Below, one piece after another: positions 10,893 to 25,443 of a stretch of DNA of 64,000 bases. Location: positions 145,142,001-145,206,000 of the forward strand of contig OZ024743.1 in the NCBI GenBank assembly GCA_964016885.1, in the 5' to 3' direction. A program made the position numbers and the translations under genes. This DNA is from Eledone cirrhosa (Eukaryota). Under the pieces are notes generated by a model. The model made no database searches, was not told the DNA's origin, and saw only the letters and a list, made by a program, of their open reading frames with translations. Position 1 is the first letter of the stretch. Every line of letters starts with the position of its first letter.

Positions 10893-13118
10893 TGTGTGTA
10901 TGTGTGCCTGTGTGTGTGCTTGTGTGTGTGTGCCTGTGTATGTGTGCCTGTGTGTGTGCTTGTGTGTGTGTGCCTGTGTATGTGTGCCTGTGTGTGTGCT
11001 TGTGTGTGTGTGCCTGTGTATGTGTGCTTGTGTGTGTGCTTGTGTGTGTGTGCCTGTGTATGTGTGCCTGTGTGTGTGCTTGTGTGTGTGTGCCTGTGTA
11101 TGTGTGCCTGTGTGTGTGCTTGTGTGTGTGTGCCTGTGTATGTGTGCCTGTGTGTGTGCTTGTGTGTGTGTGCCTGTGTACGTGTGCATGTGTGTGTGTG
11201 CCTGTGTGTTCCTGTGTTTGCCTGTGTATGTGTGCCTGTGTGCATATGTGTGTGCCTGTGTATGTGTGCATGTGTGTGTGTACCTGTGTATGTGTGCCTG
11301 TGTATGTGTGCATGTGTATGTGTGCCTGTGTATGTGTGCATGTGTATGTGTGCATGTGTGTGTGTGCCTGTGTCTGTGTGCATGTGTATGTGCGCCTGTG
11401 TGTGTGCTTGTGTGTGTGTGCCTGTGTATGTGTGAATGTGTATGTGTGCCTGTGTATGTGTGAATGTGTATGTGTGCCTCTGTGTGTGTGCCTGTGTGTT
11501 CCTGTGTTTGCCTGTGTATGTGTGCCTGTGTGTGTGTGTGTGTGTGCCTGTGTATATGTGAATGTGTATGTGTGCCTGTGTATGTGTGAATGTGTATGTG
11601 TGCCTGTGTATGTGTGCCTGTGTGTGTGTGTGTGCCTGTGTGTGTGTGCCTGTGCGTGTGCCTGTGTATGTGTGAATGTGTATGTGTGCCTGTGTATGTG
11701 TGCATGCGTATGTGTGAATGTGTATGTGTGCATGTGTATGTGTGCCTGTGTATGTGTGCCTGTGTGTGTGTGTGCCTGTGTGTGTGTGCCTGTGCGTGTG
11801 CCTGTGTATGTGTGAATGTGTATATGTGCCTGTGTATGTGTGCATGCGTATGTGTGCCTGTGTATGTGTGCATGTGTATGTGTGCCTGTGTATGTGTGCC
11901 TGTGTGTGTGTGTGCCTGTGTGTGTGTGCCTGTGCGTGTGCCTGTGTATGTGTGAATGTGTATGTGTGCCTGTGTATGTGTGCATGCGTATGTGTGCCTG
12001 TGTATGTGTGCATGTGTGTGTGTGCCTGTGTGTGAGCCTGTGTATGTGTGAATGTGTATGTGTGCCTGTGTATGTGTGCATGCGTATGTGTGCATGTGTA
12101 TGTGTGCATGTGTGTGTGTGCATGTGTGTGTGTGCCTGTGTGTGCCTGTGTGTGTGTGCCTGTGTGTGTGTGCCTGTGTATGTGTGCCTATGTATGTGTA
12201 CATGTGTGTATGTGTCTGTGTGTGTGTGTGCCTGTGTATGTGTGCATGTGTGTGTGTGCCTGTGTATGTGTGCATGTGTATGTGTGCCTGTGTATGTGTG
12301 CATGTGTATGTGTGCCTGTGTATGTGTGCATGTGTATGTGTGCCTGTGTATGTGTGCCTGTGTATGTGTGCATGTGTATGTGTGCATGTGTGTGTGCAAA
12401 TGTATGTGTACATGTGTATGTGTGTATGTGTATGTGTGTATATGTGCATATGTATGTGTGCATGAGTATATGTATATGTGTATGTGTGTATATGTGCATG
12501 TGTATGTGTGCATGTGTATGTGTGCATGTGTATGTGTGTATATGTATATGTGTATATGTGCATGTGCATGTGTGCATGCGTATGTGTGTCTGTGTATGTG
12601 TGTATATGTTCATGTGTATGTGTGGCTGTGTATGTGTGTATATGTGCATGCGTATATGTGCATGTGTATATGTGCATATGTATGTGTGCATGCGTATATG
12701 TGTCTGTCTATGTGTGCATATGTGTATGTGTGCATGTGTATGTGTGTCTGTGTATGTGTGTATATGTGCATGTGTATATGTGCATGTGTATGTGTGCATG
12801 CGTATATGTGTCTGTCTATGTGTGTATATGTGCATGTGTATCTGTGCATGTGTATGTGTGTCTGTCTATGTGTGTATATGTGCATGTGTATGTGTGCATG
12901 TGTTTGTGTGTCTGTGTATGTGTATGTGTGTATATGTGCATGTGTATGTGTGCATGCGTCTGTGTGTCTGTGTGTGTGTGTGTATGTGCATGTGTATATG
13001 TGCATGTGTATGTGTGCATGCGTATATGTGTCTGTCTATGTGTGCATATGTGCATGTGTATGTGTGCATGTGTATGTGTGTCTGTGTATGTGTGTATATG
13101 TGCATGTGTATGTGTGCA
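10893..13118. repeat. 2.2-kb cryptic TG-rich minisatellite with 40-bp and 14-bp higher-order units
   Basis: 40-mer tgtgtgcctgtgtgtgtgcttgtgtgtgtgtgcctgtgta x7 from 10901, then tgtgtatgtgtg(cc/ca/aa) 14-mers drifting to TATA-richer variants. Confidence 0.95.
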
Positions 13119-13291
13119 CGGGTAAAATGTAAATAACTTCGTGGACGTCTCAAATCTGTTTTCTGTGTCTATGTTAATATCTTAAGTTATCAATCGATAT
13201 ATAGATGAAAAAGAGAAACAGAAAGAGTGTGAAAGATATACAGAGAATGAGAAATAGAAGGAAAGTAACCTCGTTCAGCCCAAGAAACATA

Positions 13292-13376
<85 letters not shown>

Positions 13377-13416
13377 GATATTAAACAAATGGAAACTATA
13401 TTTATAAAACCATATC

Positions 13417-13482
13417 TATTTCATTATACATATTTCAGGGATACCATATTAAAAATATGGCATGCCTTCGTCAGATAAAATA
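13417..13482 (-). ncRNA. Hammerhead motif, family H1 (mirror copy)
   Basis: Reverse complement of 13642-13707. Confidence 0.78.
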
Positions 13483-13641
13483 CAATATATAACCAGTTTT
13501 ATAAATAATTTTGACGTACCATAAATATAGCGACCATTAAGGTAGGAGGCTGGCTTGGTAGACTACTAAGCCAGCCTCCTACCTTAATGGTCGCTATATT
13601 TATGGTACGTCAAAATTATTTATAAAACTGGTTATATATTG

Positions 13642-13707
13642 TATTTTATCTGACGAAGGCATGCCATATTTTTAATATGGTATCCCTGAAATATGTATAA
13701 TGAAATA
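13642..13707 (+). ncRNA. Type I hammerhead ribozyme motif, family H1
   Basis: tattttat-CTGACGA-aggcatgccatatt/ttt/aatatggtatccct-GAAA-tatgta-TA-atgaaata. Confidence 0.82.
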
Positions 13708-13835
13708 GATATGGTTTTATAAATACAGTTTCCATTTGTTTAATATCGTATATCTACTCCAAAAACTTGTCGAGTGCTTTATATCAGTTATAAAATATTT
13801 ACTTGTTGTAACCCAACAATTTTAAATAAAACTTT

Positions 13836-13871
<36 letters not shown>

Positions 13872-13876
<5 letters not shown>

Positions 13877-14036
13877 TTAACTACATGTGTATGTATGTAT
13901 TATTTAGATGTATATGTATTTATATATATATAGAGATATATAGATATAGATATATAGATATATAGATAGATAATACATACATATGTAGTTAGATATATAT
14001 ATATGGATGTATACATATATCTATATATATCTATCT

Positions 14037-14125
<89 letters not shown>

Positions 14126-14235
14126 GATAGATATAGATATAGGTATACATCCATAGATATATATCTAACTACATATGTATGCATTATTTAGATGTATATG
14201 TATTATCTATCGATATATCTATATATCTATATATA

Positions 14236-14321
<86 letters not shown>

Positions 14322-14367
14322 CATATACATCTAAATAATACATACATACATATGTAGTTAAAGATAT
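13872..14367. repeat. TA-rich low-complexity block with inverted ~50-bp flanks
   Basis: atctttaactacat...atttagatgtatatgtattta versus taaatacatatacatctaaat...atgtagttaaagat. Confidence 0.75.
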
Positions 14368-14373
14368 AGAGCT

Positions 14374-14437
<64 letters not shown>

Positions 14438-14539
14438 GGGCGAACTTTATGTAAGTGTCTCAACTTATGAGTGAGCAGGAAATAGCGAAATGAATGATAT
14501 GTCAATATACAGTATATACATATATCTATATATCTATGT

Positions 14540-14654
<115 letters not shown>

Positions 14655-15451
14655 TATTTATATATATATGTATGTGTACGTGTGTGTATATATATACTTC
14701 TTTTATATTATCGTGTGTATGTTTTATTATGCTTTTTGGTTTGTTTGTTGTTGTTTTTGGGGGTTTTTTTTTTTGGTTTTTTTTTGTTCAATCTTTTTTT
14801 CCTTTATTTCCCACTGTTTTTGTTCAGATTCAATGAACTTAAAGAGACAGGCAGAAAACAAACAAAGATAAAAAGGGAAAGCAACACCACTGAACGCTGT
14901 TGCTATTCCATTAGAGACGACCACGTCATAGAATATTGACTCAACACTGAAAAGACTTTAATGATATCTGTGCCTTCCATATTTATTATTATCATTATTA
15001 TTTTATTCTAGTTTTTTTTGCCTATAATACAACCAACCTCCCTATCCCTCACAATTTTTCCTGTCACCATCATCAATACCACCACCATTACCAACACCAC
15101 CACCACCACCACCACCACCACCACTACTCCCAACACCGATACCACCGACACCACCACCACCACCACCACCAGCGCTATTCACCTTATGTTCAACGCTAAC
15201 AAAAGGGTGAACGTCTCTCTAGCTATTATTGTATTACCTGTGATTGCAACGGATCATCTTGACGTGTAACGTGAGCGCTGTCCTTACCTATCCTTAACGT
15301 ATGTAACTTTCTCAGTTTCAATCGAAACTACACAAATATATTTATTTGTATCATTGTTACATCCACCTCCGTCATCATCGTCGACATTGTTGCTGTTGTT
15401 GGTAACGATGGTGATGACTAAGGTGACCATAATGATCAGAGTATTGCTGAT

Positions 15452-15453
15452 GT

Positions 15454-15517
<64 letters not shown>

Positions 15518-15544
15518 GGTGGTGGTGGTGGTGGTGGTGGTGGT
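15452..15544. repeat. (GAT)n(GGT)n microsatellite
   Basis: Seen directly in the sequence. Confidence 0.95.
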
Positions 15545-15697
15545 AATTGAAGTGATGCTGATGGTGTGAGTTGTTATTTTATGTCATTCACTAGACGCCT
15601 GTGTGTGCGTATATGTGAATGCGTGCCCTGTGTTGTATGTATACGTATATAAGATTATGTGGACTGAATTACACACACACACACACACACACATGCA

Positions 15698-15819
<122 letters not shown>

Positions 15820-17401
15820 GTGAGAGAGTGGCTGAGAGAGAGAGACATACATATATAGATATGAATTATATATGTGACCATGTTTGTGTGGGTATATAAG
15901 TTCCATTTATATGCATATGTATGAGTGAGTGCTTGTTTGCTTGTATATATGTATACATGCATATATACATGCGTATGTATATAGATTTTCATATTTCATC
16001 GAGTGATTTGCCGATAATGTTCCCCGTTGTGTTTATAGTATAGATTACATTTAACGCATCTAAAGTGGAATTGGATATGCGAATGTCTTTCCTACACTTC
16101 CTCCTTCAGTTCGGTTTCTTTATTCTTCATCTCATCCTTCTCATTTTCTTTCTTTTCTTCTTCGACGTGTTTTCCCAATCATGGTGATAACACTTTAGTG
16201 GAATCAAATTGTTGCATGTGATGACACTGACAATAATATTGATTTCTTACATAGATACAAATTTGAAAAAGAAGGCAAGTAGTATATTGTGACTTTGAAG
16301 CCTTTCTTTAAAAGGACATCTGTGAGCGAAACGACAGTTAGAACAGATTGATATAAGTTTTATTATTGTACAATGTGCATCTAGCTATAATGTATTGAGT
16401 GAGAAATTGCTAGCTGTGTCCATGGGAGCCAGACAGCCAGTCAAACGATGTGCGTAAAGGTATTTGTATTTTCTCTATTGATGTTGGTTAGTTCATCATC
16501 CATTGTGTATTTGGGAAGTCCATAAACACGTCATTTCATGCAGTGAATTTAGGGCAATGAGCCTGGAAAACCCACTCTTCACTCAAGTACACATCACCAG
16601 AAAGGTTGAACTCACTCCATGAAAATCTAACAAAACTATTTAAAATCATACAGAGCTGTTGATGCTGACAAAAGTCAGCTTTCTATTCATTTCAGACCGG
16701 AAGAGTGAAGTGAATGTGTTATAAACTGTACAAATTATGAACACTATACCTTTCAGCTTATTGCTTGATACCCTATTAATACGGACAGCCATTACTCTCA
16801 GAAGTGTGTAAGGAGAGAAAGATATCACATTGCTTTTGCGGTCTTGTCTGCGGGGCCCTAGGACTAGAGCCCATCACTCCCCCCCAATTCTTCTGTGACC
16901 CTAGAGACCTTTCCTTTTCCCTCATTTTCCGATTTTAAATAGCTGTAGTGTTGTTATTTGAAATAGATTTGTTTACGATTTTTAAAACATTTTTATTAAT
17001 GAATCATATTTAGCTAATAAAATAGGTTAATTCCATTCGGCGAAATTCCTCGTACTTTCCATCTACTCAGTTTCATTCGTAAGATTTTTGGTGATTCCAG
17101 ATTATAGCAGAAGACACTTTCCCAATGAAAGACGGTTCACTGCTAAGAAACTGCTATCATTTAATCTCGTACAGTCCTGACAATAGGGTTCAGAAAGTCT
17201 TTTCCAATTCACTTGATTTCAAAGTGAACATCTTTGCACTACGGCCATGACAGCAATCACTTTAGTGAATCACAGCAAGTAACCATCTTCCACATCAACG
17301 ACATTTCGATGAGAATTTCTTAACCACATGGTCATGGCTGTGCCCATTTTAATGATACGAGAAACTTAGCAGTGAGGCAGCTTTCACTGATAAAATGTGT
17401 C

Positions 17402-17493
<92 letters not shown>

Positions 17494-18596
17494 TGTGTGT
17501 GTGTGCGTGCGCGCGCGTGTGTGCGCGTGTGTGTGTGTGTGTGTGTGTGTGCGTTTGTGTACAAAAGAAAATAATCTCAACGACGGTACGTCGGATATCA
17601 TTATAAAGCAAAAGAATAGCTTCCTACCAATGCTAGCCACTTGAAGTGGTCCACATATAATAAGTCATTGTATGATTCACCGTTGAAAAACTATAAGTGT
17701 AGTTTGCGACAAACAATCTTACTAACTTTCTTCGGAGATTTCTCTCTTTCTTCATTTTTTTCTTTTTGGAGTAAAACGTAGTTTCGAATAATCTAATTGC
17801 ACAATTGTAACATTCACTTGTCGTGGGAAAATAATTCGATTTTATCCAGACGAACATTTTCTATTGCTATGGTGATCAGGTGCATCCTTCCAGCATAGTC
17901 CGAAAGCAACAGAAATTACCTAATGAAAAGTTTAGTCTAGAAATGAAGGATGAATGCCTCTACTTTGTACGTCCTAGTGAGCTTTAATAGATAAATTGTT
18001 TGTCACAAATATCAGTTCAAAAAAACTATCGTTCGAACTGTTTTGCCTTTCCCTTCTTTGTGCAGTAACTTTTATTCTTCTGCTTTGGCAGAATTTCTGA
18101 TAGTTTGTGGGTGATCTATGTGTGAATATGTACATAACACAACAGACCTGTCAACTCCTCCCGTCCGACGGTGAGATCTCCACCCACTTGTGAAAATGGC
18201 TATAGCTTTCATTATGTAAAATCCTCCATGTTGCCTCATTTCTCCCCGTTTTGAGGCGCTTTTTTTCATGGTATTCCCCGTTTGAATTTTTAGAGGTTGG
18301 CAGGTCACACACACACATACACACACACACACACATACACATGAATATATATAACAACTAACCGTTTTATTTTCCTTTTTATTAGCACCCTATCATTATC
18401 ACGTACTTTTGAATCCTCATGCCTTCCCTCTCCTTCTCCCATATGGCCCCTCATAGCTCCGGTCTTCCTCATGAATGTGTATCTGTTTAACTCTTTTCTA
18501 CATTTAACGTGAGGTGATATACTTTAAACTCCAAGGTTCTTCTCATACAATCAGTTCAGTTACTATTACATTAAATCAATGAATTAATAATTTAAT

Positions 18597-19278
18597 TAAT
18601 AACATTGTATGCAAAGTATCAAACTATTGAAGCTCCAGATAGTTATGAAATTCCTAGAAAATGTAGAAGTCCCAGACGCAGAAAATAATTGTAAATCCAG
18701 TCGATTGCTATAAATAATAGATTTTAAAATTTAATAAAATACTCGTATCGACGGAAAAAGTGGTCATTTGTCGCTACGAAGAACCGAACTCAGTATCTCT
18801 TAAATTCAGCTGAGTGATTTACCTTCAGTCTAAATAAGATGGTTAAATCAAACAACTTTGGAATGTAAACAACATTATATGGAATGTATCGAACTTTAGA
18901 CGCTAAGAATTTAAGTCGATTTTCTAACCTATTATTTATAGCAATTGACTCTTTTTCCAGTTATTTTCTGCGATAGCTGTCTTACAATTTCCATGAAATT
19001 CATTACTATCCAGAGCTTCGAAAGTTCGATACTTTGCATACAATGTTATTTACATTCAAAAGCTGTTCACTTTAGCTATCTGATTTAGATGGAAATTGTT
19101 GTCAGAAGTCCTTTAGTTCAATTGTTTAAGCACTCAGCTTGAATTTGAAAATTAAAGAGTTTGATTCTTCGTAGCGACAGCTGGCCTCATTTTCTGTCCA
19201 CAGAGGTATTTTACTGGATTTTCTAAGCGAGTATTTATAGCAATTTTCTGCATCTGGGACTCCTACATTTTCTATTAA
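18597..19278. mobile_element. Old inverted repeat complex, probably SINE-like (family C)
   Basis: 18597-18695 is approximately the reverse complement of 18955-19051. 18655-18820 is approximately the reverse complement of 19125-19275, which has a tRNA-like head (tcaattgtttaagcactcagct...gagtttgattc). Confidence 0.5.
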
Positions 19279-20384
19279 TTAAGTTAATGATTTATTTTAT
19301 CACCTATCTGCGTCTTTTATGATGTTATTTTTATTTTTTTAAATGAAATCGTAAACAAATCTGTTTGAATTAACAACACTACAGATATTTAAAAACGGTA
19401 AATGAAGGGAAGAGCAAGGGTACAAGGGTCACAGGAGAATGGGAGAGGAAAGAAGGAGGGTGATGGGATCTAAGCCTAGGGCGCGGTGGTGTTGGAGCTG
19501 CGACCCGCGGACAAATGGAATAAAATGTGAAAAGTATTTTCCCATTATGCGCTCTTTTGGCTGTATTGCATTACAGACAAGCAAGCAAGCAATCAGAGTT
19601 TTAGTAGTATATAGATAGACGAATCTGTGTGTGTGTGTGTGTGTGTGTGTTATAAACTAATCTGATAAATTATTATTAATATTTAATCAATTTTTGTGAC
19701 AAAGTAGATATGTAGATATTGGTTTGGTTAGTGGAATCTCTAAAACTTTATTTCCAAAGTTCTGACCATGTCTTTTAGTTGCAACTCTATGTTTAGTCAA
19801 ATGTGCGCAATAAAAATTTGTTAGTAAACATTTCACTTCATTTTCAACATCAATGCTTTTGGAAAATGCATGAACATTATAACTTACTATACAGTCAATA
19901 AATCTCTTATTAAACAGTATGTTGTTGGCTGAAATTTCAGCATTCTGATATTTCCTCTTTCTTTACCCTATGAAGACGTTATATACTAGAAAGTTGTCAA
20001 ATCTATTGAAATTTATGTGGCTAAACTTTTCGTTGAAGTGTCGAAATCTCAAAATGCATACAGAAAGGCGAAAGAAATTAAGTTTCAGAATTGTGATGTA
20101 TGTTTTTAGTAAATAAATTATGAGGGTAATTTGAACGATATGAAATGTTTAAACGGGAAGAAGGTCGTATAATATGATGGATCCAACACGTTTAATTTAG
20201 CGATCGGTAGAACAGACAAAAAGAGACATAGTTCAACGATACTTTAAAGAAGTATATGAACCCGTAACTCGTGGTGAAGATGTAGGGGCGCGGTAGTGAT
20301 ATGTGGCGCTTCTTGGTCACTTCAAGCCTGGCGGAGCCCTTTCCTCACCATGTCTAAACACAGCCGATTTCTTCCAGAGAAAAA

Positions 20385-20548
20385 GAGAAAAAGAAATATA
20401 GTTGAAGAATCGACCCCCAATACATGACAAGTACTTTTTTATCACCCTCGGACGGATGAAAGGCAAAGTTGAACTCAGAGCACAGAGAGCTGGAAAGAAA
20501 ATCACAAAGCTTTCTATCTGGCATTCTAACGACTCTATCCGCCGCCTA
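20385..20548 (-). mobile_element. SINE family A, diverged
   Basis: gtacttttttatcaccctcggacggatgaaaggcaaagttgaactcag. Confidence 0.65.
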
Positions 20549-23087
20549 TGAAGAAAGTATAGATGTTAATAAAGTAAATATTCCACAATGAGTTATATTT
20601 TACAAACTCAACTACTGAAGCAATTTATTTTTTGTCCTAAAGTGTAATATATATTTTTTTTCAATTATCTTAAACGAAACTAATCGTCATTTTGTATTAT
20701 TTACGGGCACAATGAAACAAATCAAAGTTTCAAAATCAAAATTAGTTCACAAGTAATTTTGTTTAACATTTTTATTAGAATTTTTGGAGGTATTGAAAAT
20801 ATTTTCAAATAAACAACGATTGTGAATTATACTTCATTTTTAGTTTTTTCTTCGTTAAATTCAAGTACTATATGATGCTCAGCTAGATTCAGACAAGAAT
20901 GGAAATATCGAAATACTTGAGATACTAACAACTTTTTTCTCTATATTTCAATTTAATTAACAGGGTATATGGGTATATAAGCCAGGGAGGTATCCTCTAC
21001 GCCTTGATCGCCCTTAGCACTCAAATTTCTCTGAAATTACATTTATACCGATTAAAATGAAAGAAACCCGGTGGATAATGTAGTCCGAGATACGTAATAC
21101 TTAAAAGAAGAATGGAATGATCATGTCAGGAATGACATTGATCATAAGTCTACTCAATGAGCGTTGAATTGGGGCTAAACAACGGCAACAGCAACTGCTA
21201 CTACTACTACTATTACTACTAGTAGTAGTGGTGATGGTGGGTGTGGTGGTGGCAGCAACAGCTGCTGAGGTGAGTTGCAGTTTGATTATTCGATAGAGTG
21301 TTGAAAGACTCAATGCTTCGAAATCTCTCTCTGGCGTTGTTATATGCCATTATTTCCTTTTATTATTCATTCCTTGATTGTTCGGCCCACAAAGCTGTAA
21401 ATACATGTAGATGCTATCTCACGGATGTAGTAGTAAGGGTATTTATAATTAATTAGTGTTTTGTTTGCTTTCGGTGCTGACTTCGTAAAAGTCACCATAT
21501 AACATAATCTCGAACTAAAATACCTAATCCCATCTCTTACATTTTAAATTCCGATGCAATGAGGTGGTACACACTGCAGGTTCTTAACACGAAGGTGATT
21601 AAAATTTACTTGATAAGAAATTTGATTAGTGATATTGGTCTATAATTATACTTTATTCATAATTACTAGAGACCATGATAATTTCGGAACCAGTTATAAA
21701 GAAACAAACATAGCTGAAATTTTAAGCTTTACACAAGTAAAAATAAATACATTTAAATTATTTGCTGACTAATGCAACGATTTGCTTTACTACAGTGTGT
21801 CATTATTATGCATCTCAACTAACCTCAGAGGATGATAAAGCCATTGCTTGTTTGTGATTAATGTCGGTTAAATAACTTCGGGGCGTTAATAGACTTTGGA
21901 TCTTTTCCACTATCCAGTTTATTCATGTGATATATCGCCCGAAATAATAGCTTATGCTATTATATACGATCATTTAAGGTAAATCAATAGTAGTTAAAGC
22001 GAAGTTCATTATCAAATGAGCTAACAGTCGATAAACGAGCAAATTAATGAATCTACATTTCTGTTTCCCAATGGTACCGACAAGTGTTAAATCATCAAAT
22101 TTAGTTTAGAATTTACAAGGAGAATCTATCGGTGGGATTGTGTTTATATAAAGGTTGGCATTTGGGTCTGTGGTCTGGAAATTAATTTGTATTTCCTGAT
22201 GCTGTATTGTTTATATTGAAATCTTGTAGTCTTCGAAGAAATGAATAATAAAAGGAAACAAGATTCAGCCTGACAAGAAGAGTTTATTTCTGTTTAATCT
22301 CCATATTATAAAATACAATTCACGCTGAAGGTTTAAAATTATTCCGATTGAAGGAAACGTAGAATGCATTACAAGATAATTAAATCAGCTAGAAATTATA
22401 TAAAAGTTGTAAAATCATCAACAAACTAAAATAAAGAACCTTTTCTTGAATTAACACAATTTTTCATGAAAAGAGGAACTTTTTTTAAATGTACATGGAA
22501 GTGATCAGTAATTTCATCTGTCGTTCATAGCAGCGTGTCGAGGGAACCGACCTGCGCTATGGTGGCACGATATAAATTAAAATGTACTTTTTAGTTTATG
22601 TATACAGATTCCAATTTATCCAATTGGAGATAAATTTGGTTGCACTCCTGGTGACTCTATATGAAGATTTGAACATAACAATTAACGTTAACAAACTACA
22701 CGATAATTAAAACGTGCTATCACTGTTTAAAGTGGAAAGCTATTTTTAATTATGATTACGGATGGATACCAGGTATATGATTTTACAATCTACATCTTAA
22801 ACACCAGGTTCAACTAACTCTCTTTTGGTTATCCATAAAGCTCTATTAATTAATACTTTTAGTAGGAAGCAACTGAAAGGTTTACGTTACGCCGGGATTT
22901 GAAACATATTACAACTTAAATGGGCAGGAATGGACGCATACATCGAATATGTTTCTATCGAAATAAAGGCTATTTTGAGCAGTTAGTACAAAGTGAAAAA
23001 ATGATTAATCATAATATAATAAAGGGATAAGTGCGGGACTGTGTCCTGAATATATATTTTATCCCGTTAGTAAAATAAGTTGGATTA

Positions 23088-23604
23088 CTTTCAATAAATA
23101 ATTGTTTCTACTTTTGGCACAAGGCCAGCAACTACCCAATGCATTACTGGTACTTTATTTTATCGACCCCGTAAGGATCAAAGGCAAAGTTAACGTCGGC
23201 GGGATTTGAACTCAGAATGACAAGGGCAGTAACTCTATGCGTCAAAGCATGGCGTCCGACCCTCTACTGATACTGCCAATCCACCGCCTTTCAATAAATA
23301 ATTGTTTCTACTTATGGCACAAGGCCAGCAATTACCCAGTACATTACTGGTACTTTATTTTATCGACCCCGTAAGGATGAAAGGCAAAGTTAACCTCGGC
23401 GGGATTTGAACTCAGTTCATAAAGGGACGTAACTGTGCTGCAAAGCATGGCGTCCGACCCTCTACCGATACTGCCAATCCACCACTTTCAATAAATAATT
23501 GTTTCTACGTTTCGCACAAGACCAGCAATTACCCAGTGCATTACTGGTACTTTATTTTATCGACCCCGTAAGGATGAAAGGCAAAATTAACCTCGGCGGG
23601 ATTT
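23088..23604 (-). mobile_element. Three tandem SINE family A copies (third is 5'-truncated)
   Basis: Units start at 23088, 23288 and 23485, each with ctttcaataaataattgtttctac. Confidence 0.92.
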
Positions 23605-24599
23605 ATAAATAATGAATGAATATTACATAATCTATGTACTAAATTTCGTAGCTGTTGATTAAACATAAATATTCTTATATATAATGAGTGCTTATTTTAA
23701 GATTCATTCCTTTTAAAATTTTGAAATGTCAACACTTCCGGTTATGATATAACGTACACTATCGCCTATATAAACGTTCATATATTTAAATCGTTATATA
23801 ACGTTTATATGTCGCTAATTTTCTCCTTTTACGTTTTCATAACATTTCATAATGCAGTTTATATGTAATATCATCTTTTTTAAATGTATCATGGATTACT
23901 TTAGTGATTACACAAGGCAGTTTAACGCAGTCTCTCTTCAATTTCTGTGCATATTGTCAATTACGATTTTATTTGACGTATCATATCTACATGCATGTAT
24001 ATTTTCGTATAATATCAATATGCAACAGCCACCCAACCTCGTGGGGCTCCTTCCTCAGACGGGCTTCTGACGTTCCAATCTTGCGAAGGAGCTTGGCAGT
24101 ACGAGGTCCAAGTACACCTGAGGTCTCAACGGCGAAATATATGAAAGTATTTCCTGTTTCCCAGCATATTTGACCTTGTCAATTACATGGCGTTCCCTTC
24201 CTACATGTGAATGTTGATAGAAATAATCCTACCCAGCCTCTGCTTGTATCACATCGAAGCTCTTTCTCTTCTCGGTAAACAACTATTTGGTTTCCACAGA
24301 ACCGAACCTGCTGAAAATGTGTTCTCTTACTTTTTGTGTTATACTCTCTTAATCATGAACAACATACTAAATATTAGGCCTCACAATCTCTGATAATCTA
24401 TCCTGAAAACATTGTCAAATCTGCATCTCATAAACTAAGCTGACTATTTACAAAGCTCAAATAGAAAACACTTTCAAACATGATAGCCCACGTTAAAGAC
24501 AGAGCCTCCGAGCCTATTGACAAACACTTGCCAAAACACTGCAGCCCACAAATGGTCCATTTTTTCCCTATGCATATTTTACCTAAATCACCAGATCGA

Positions 24600-24862
24600 T
24601 GCGTATCTCAGTTTTCGTGGCATTAAGCGATTGAGAGTACAAGACTTCCCCCTGGACAAGACGCCAGTCTATCGTAAGGTTAACCCCCCCCCCCCCCCCA
24701 GCTATTGCTGGAACTCATTTTCAGCTGAGCAACGTGAAATGAATACTGGAGCAACGTGAAATAAAGTGTTTTTCTCAAGAACACAACACACAACCCAGTC
24801 CAGGAATCGAACCCACGACATTATGATAGTAAGTTCAACACCCTAACCACTAAACCATGCGT
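24600..24862 (-). mobile_element. SINE family B (tRNA head + conserved central domain)
   Basis: Reverse complement begins cgcatggtttagtggttagggtgttg...gggttcgattcc and aligns to 58936-59193. Confidence 0.85.
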
Positions 24863-25260
24863 ACTACAGGAAAGGATTGTTATCCTCCCCTAGAACTAAT
24901 ACGCTAATTATTACCTCCACTAAAGACAGCCGCCACCCTCTACCCAACCCCATCGATGCCCCGTTTTTCCCTCTCTAATATGACGCATTAAAAAAAGACG
25001 CTCAAGAAATTTTTTAAACCATTCATCCTCTAGAAATACATCCTACTGTATTTTCATCCATGTCTATATATCACCTTCATATATCACCTGATAGAAGTTT
25101 AAGCTGATTACTTGGCGCATCAATCTCAACAAATTCAGAGCTAGTTGCTTTTAATTATTGTCAGTTTAGAGATTAAAGATGGATATGACAAAATGCTGAT
25201 AACAGGACACGAACAAGGAACTAAATATCTGAATGCCAGGGGTATGATTGTAGAATATTA

Positions 25261-25443
25261 ATTGGCAGTATCGGTAGAGAGTCGGGCGCCATGCTTTGAC
25301 GCATAGAGTTACGGCCCTTGCCATTCTGAGTTCAAATCCCGCCGAGGTTAACTTTGCCTTTCATCCTTACGGGGTCGATAAAATAAAGTACCAGTAATGC
25401 ACTGGGTAATTGCTGGCCTTGTGCCTAAGGTAGAAACAATTAT
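25261..25443 (+). mobile_element. SINE family A
   Basis: Near-identical to the reverse complement of 59975-60160. Confidence 0.92.

Larger units (their letters stand above)
13374..13750. repeat. Fold-back palindrome (~188-bp arms, ~1-nt spacer) with a hammerhead in each arm
   Basis: Centre gtag-a-ctac at 13562; left end abuts (TA)n; the right arm continues into a tail and (TA)n. Confidence 0.95.

Noticed and set aside
10845-13153. Long His/Thr-rich and Cys/Val-rich ORFs (up to 596 aa)
   Set aside because: Open in nearly all frames on both strands because the TG/CA repeat lacks stop codons; no coding evidence.
16540-16620. hAT dimerisation-like motif (YL.E/SGFS.L) on the minus strand
   Set aside because: Needs a frameshift and is too short; no other transposase motifs recognised.
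17040-17400. Possible mariner transposase trace on the minus strand
   Set aside because: Only vague similarity; no DDD motifs could be read.
23088-23604. CRISPR-like tandem repeats
   Set aside because: ~200-bp SINE units with no unique spacers, in a eukaryotic context.
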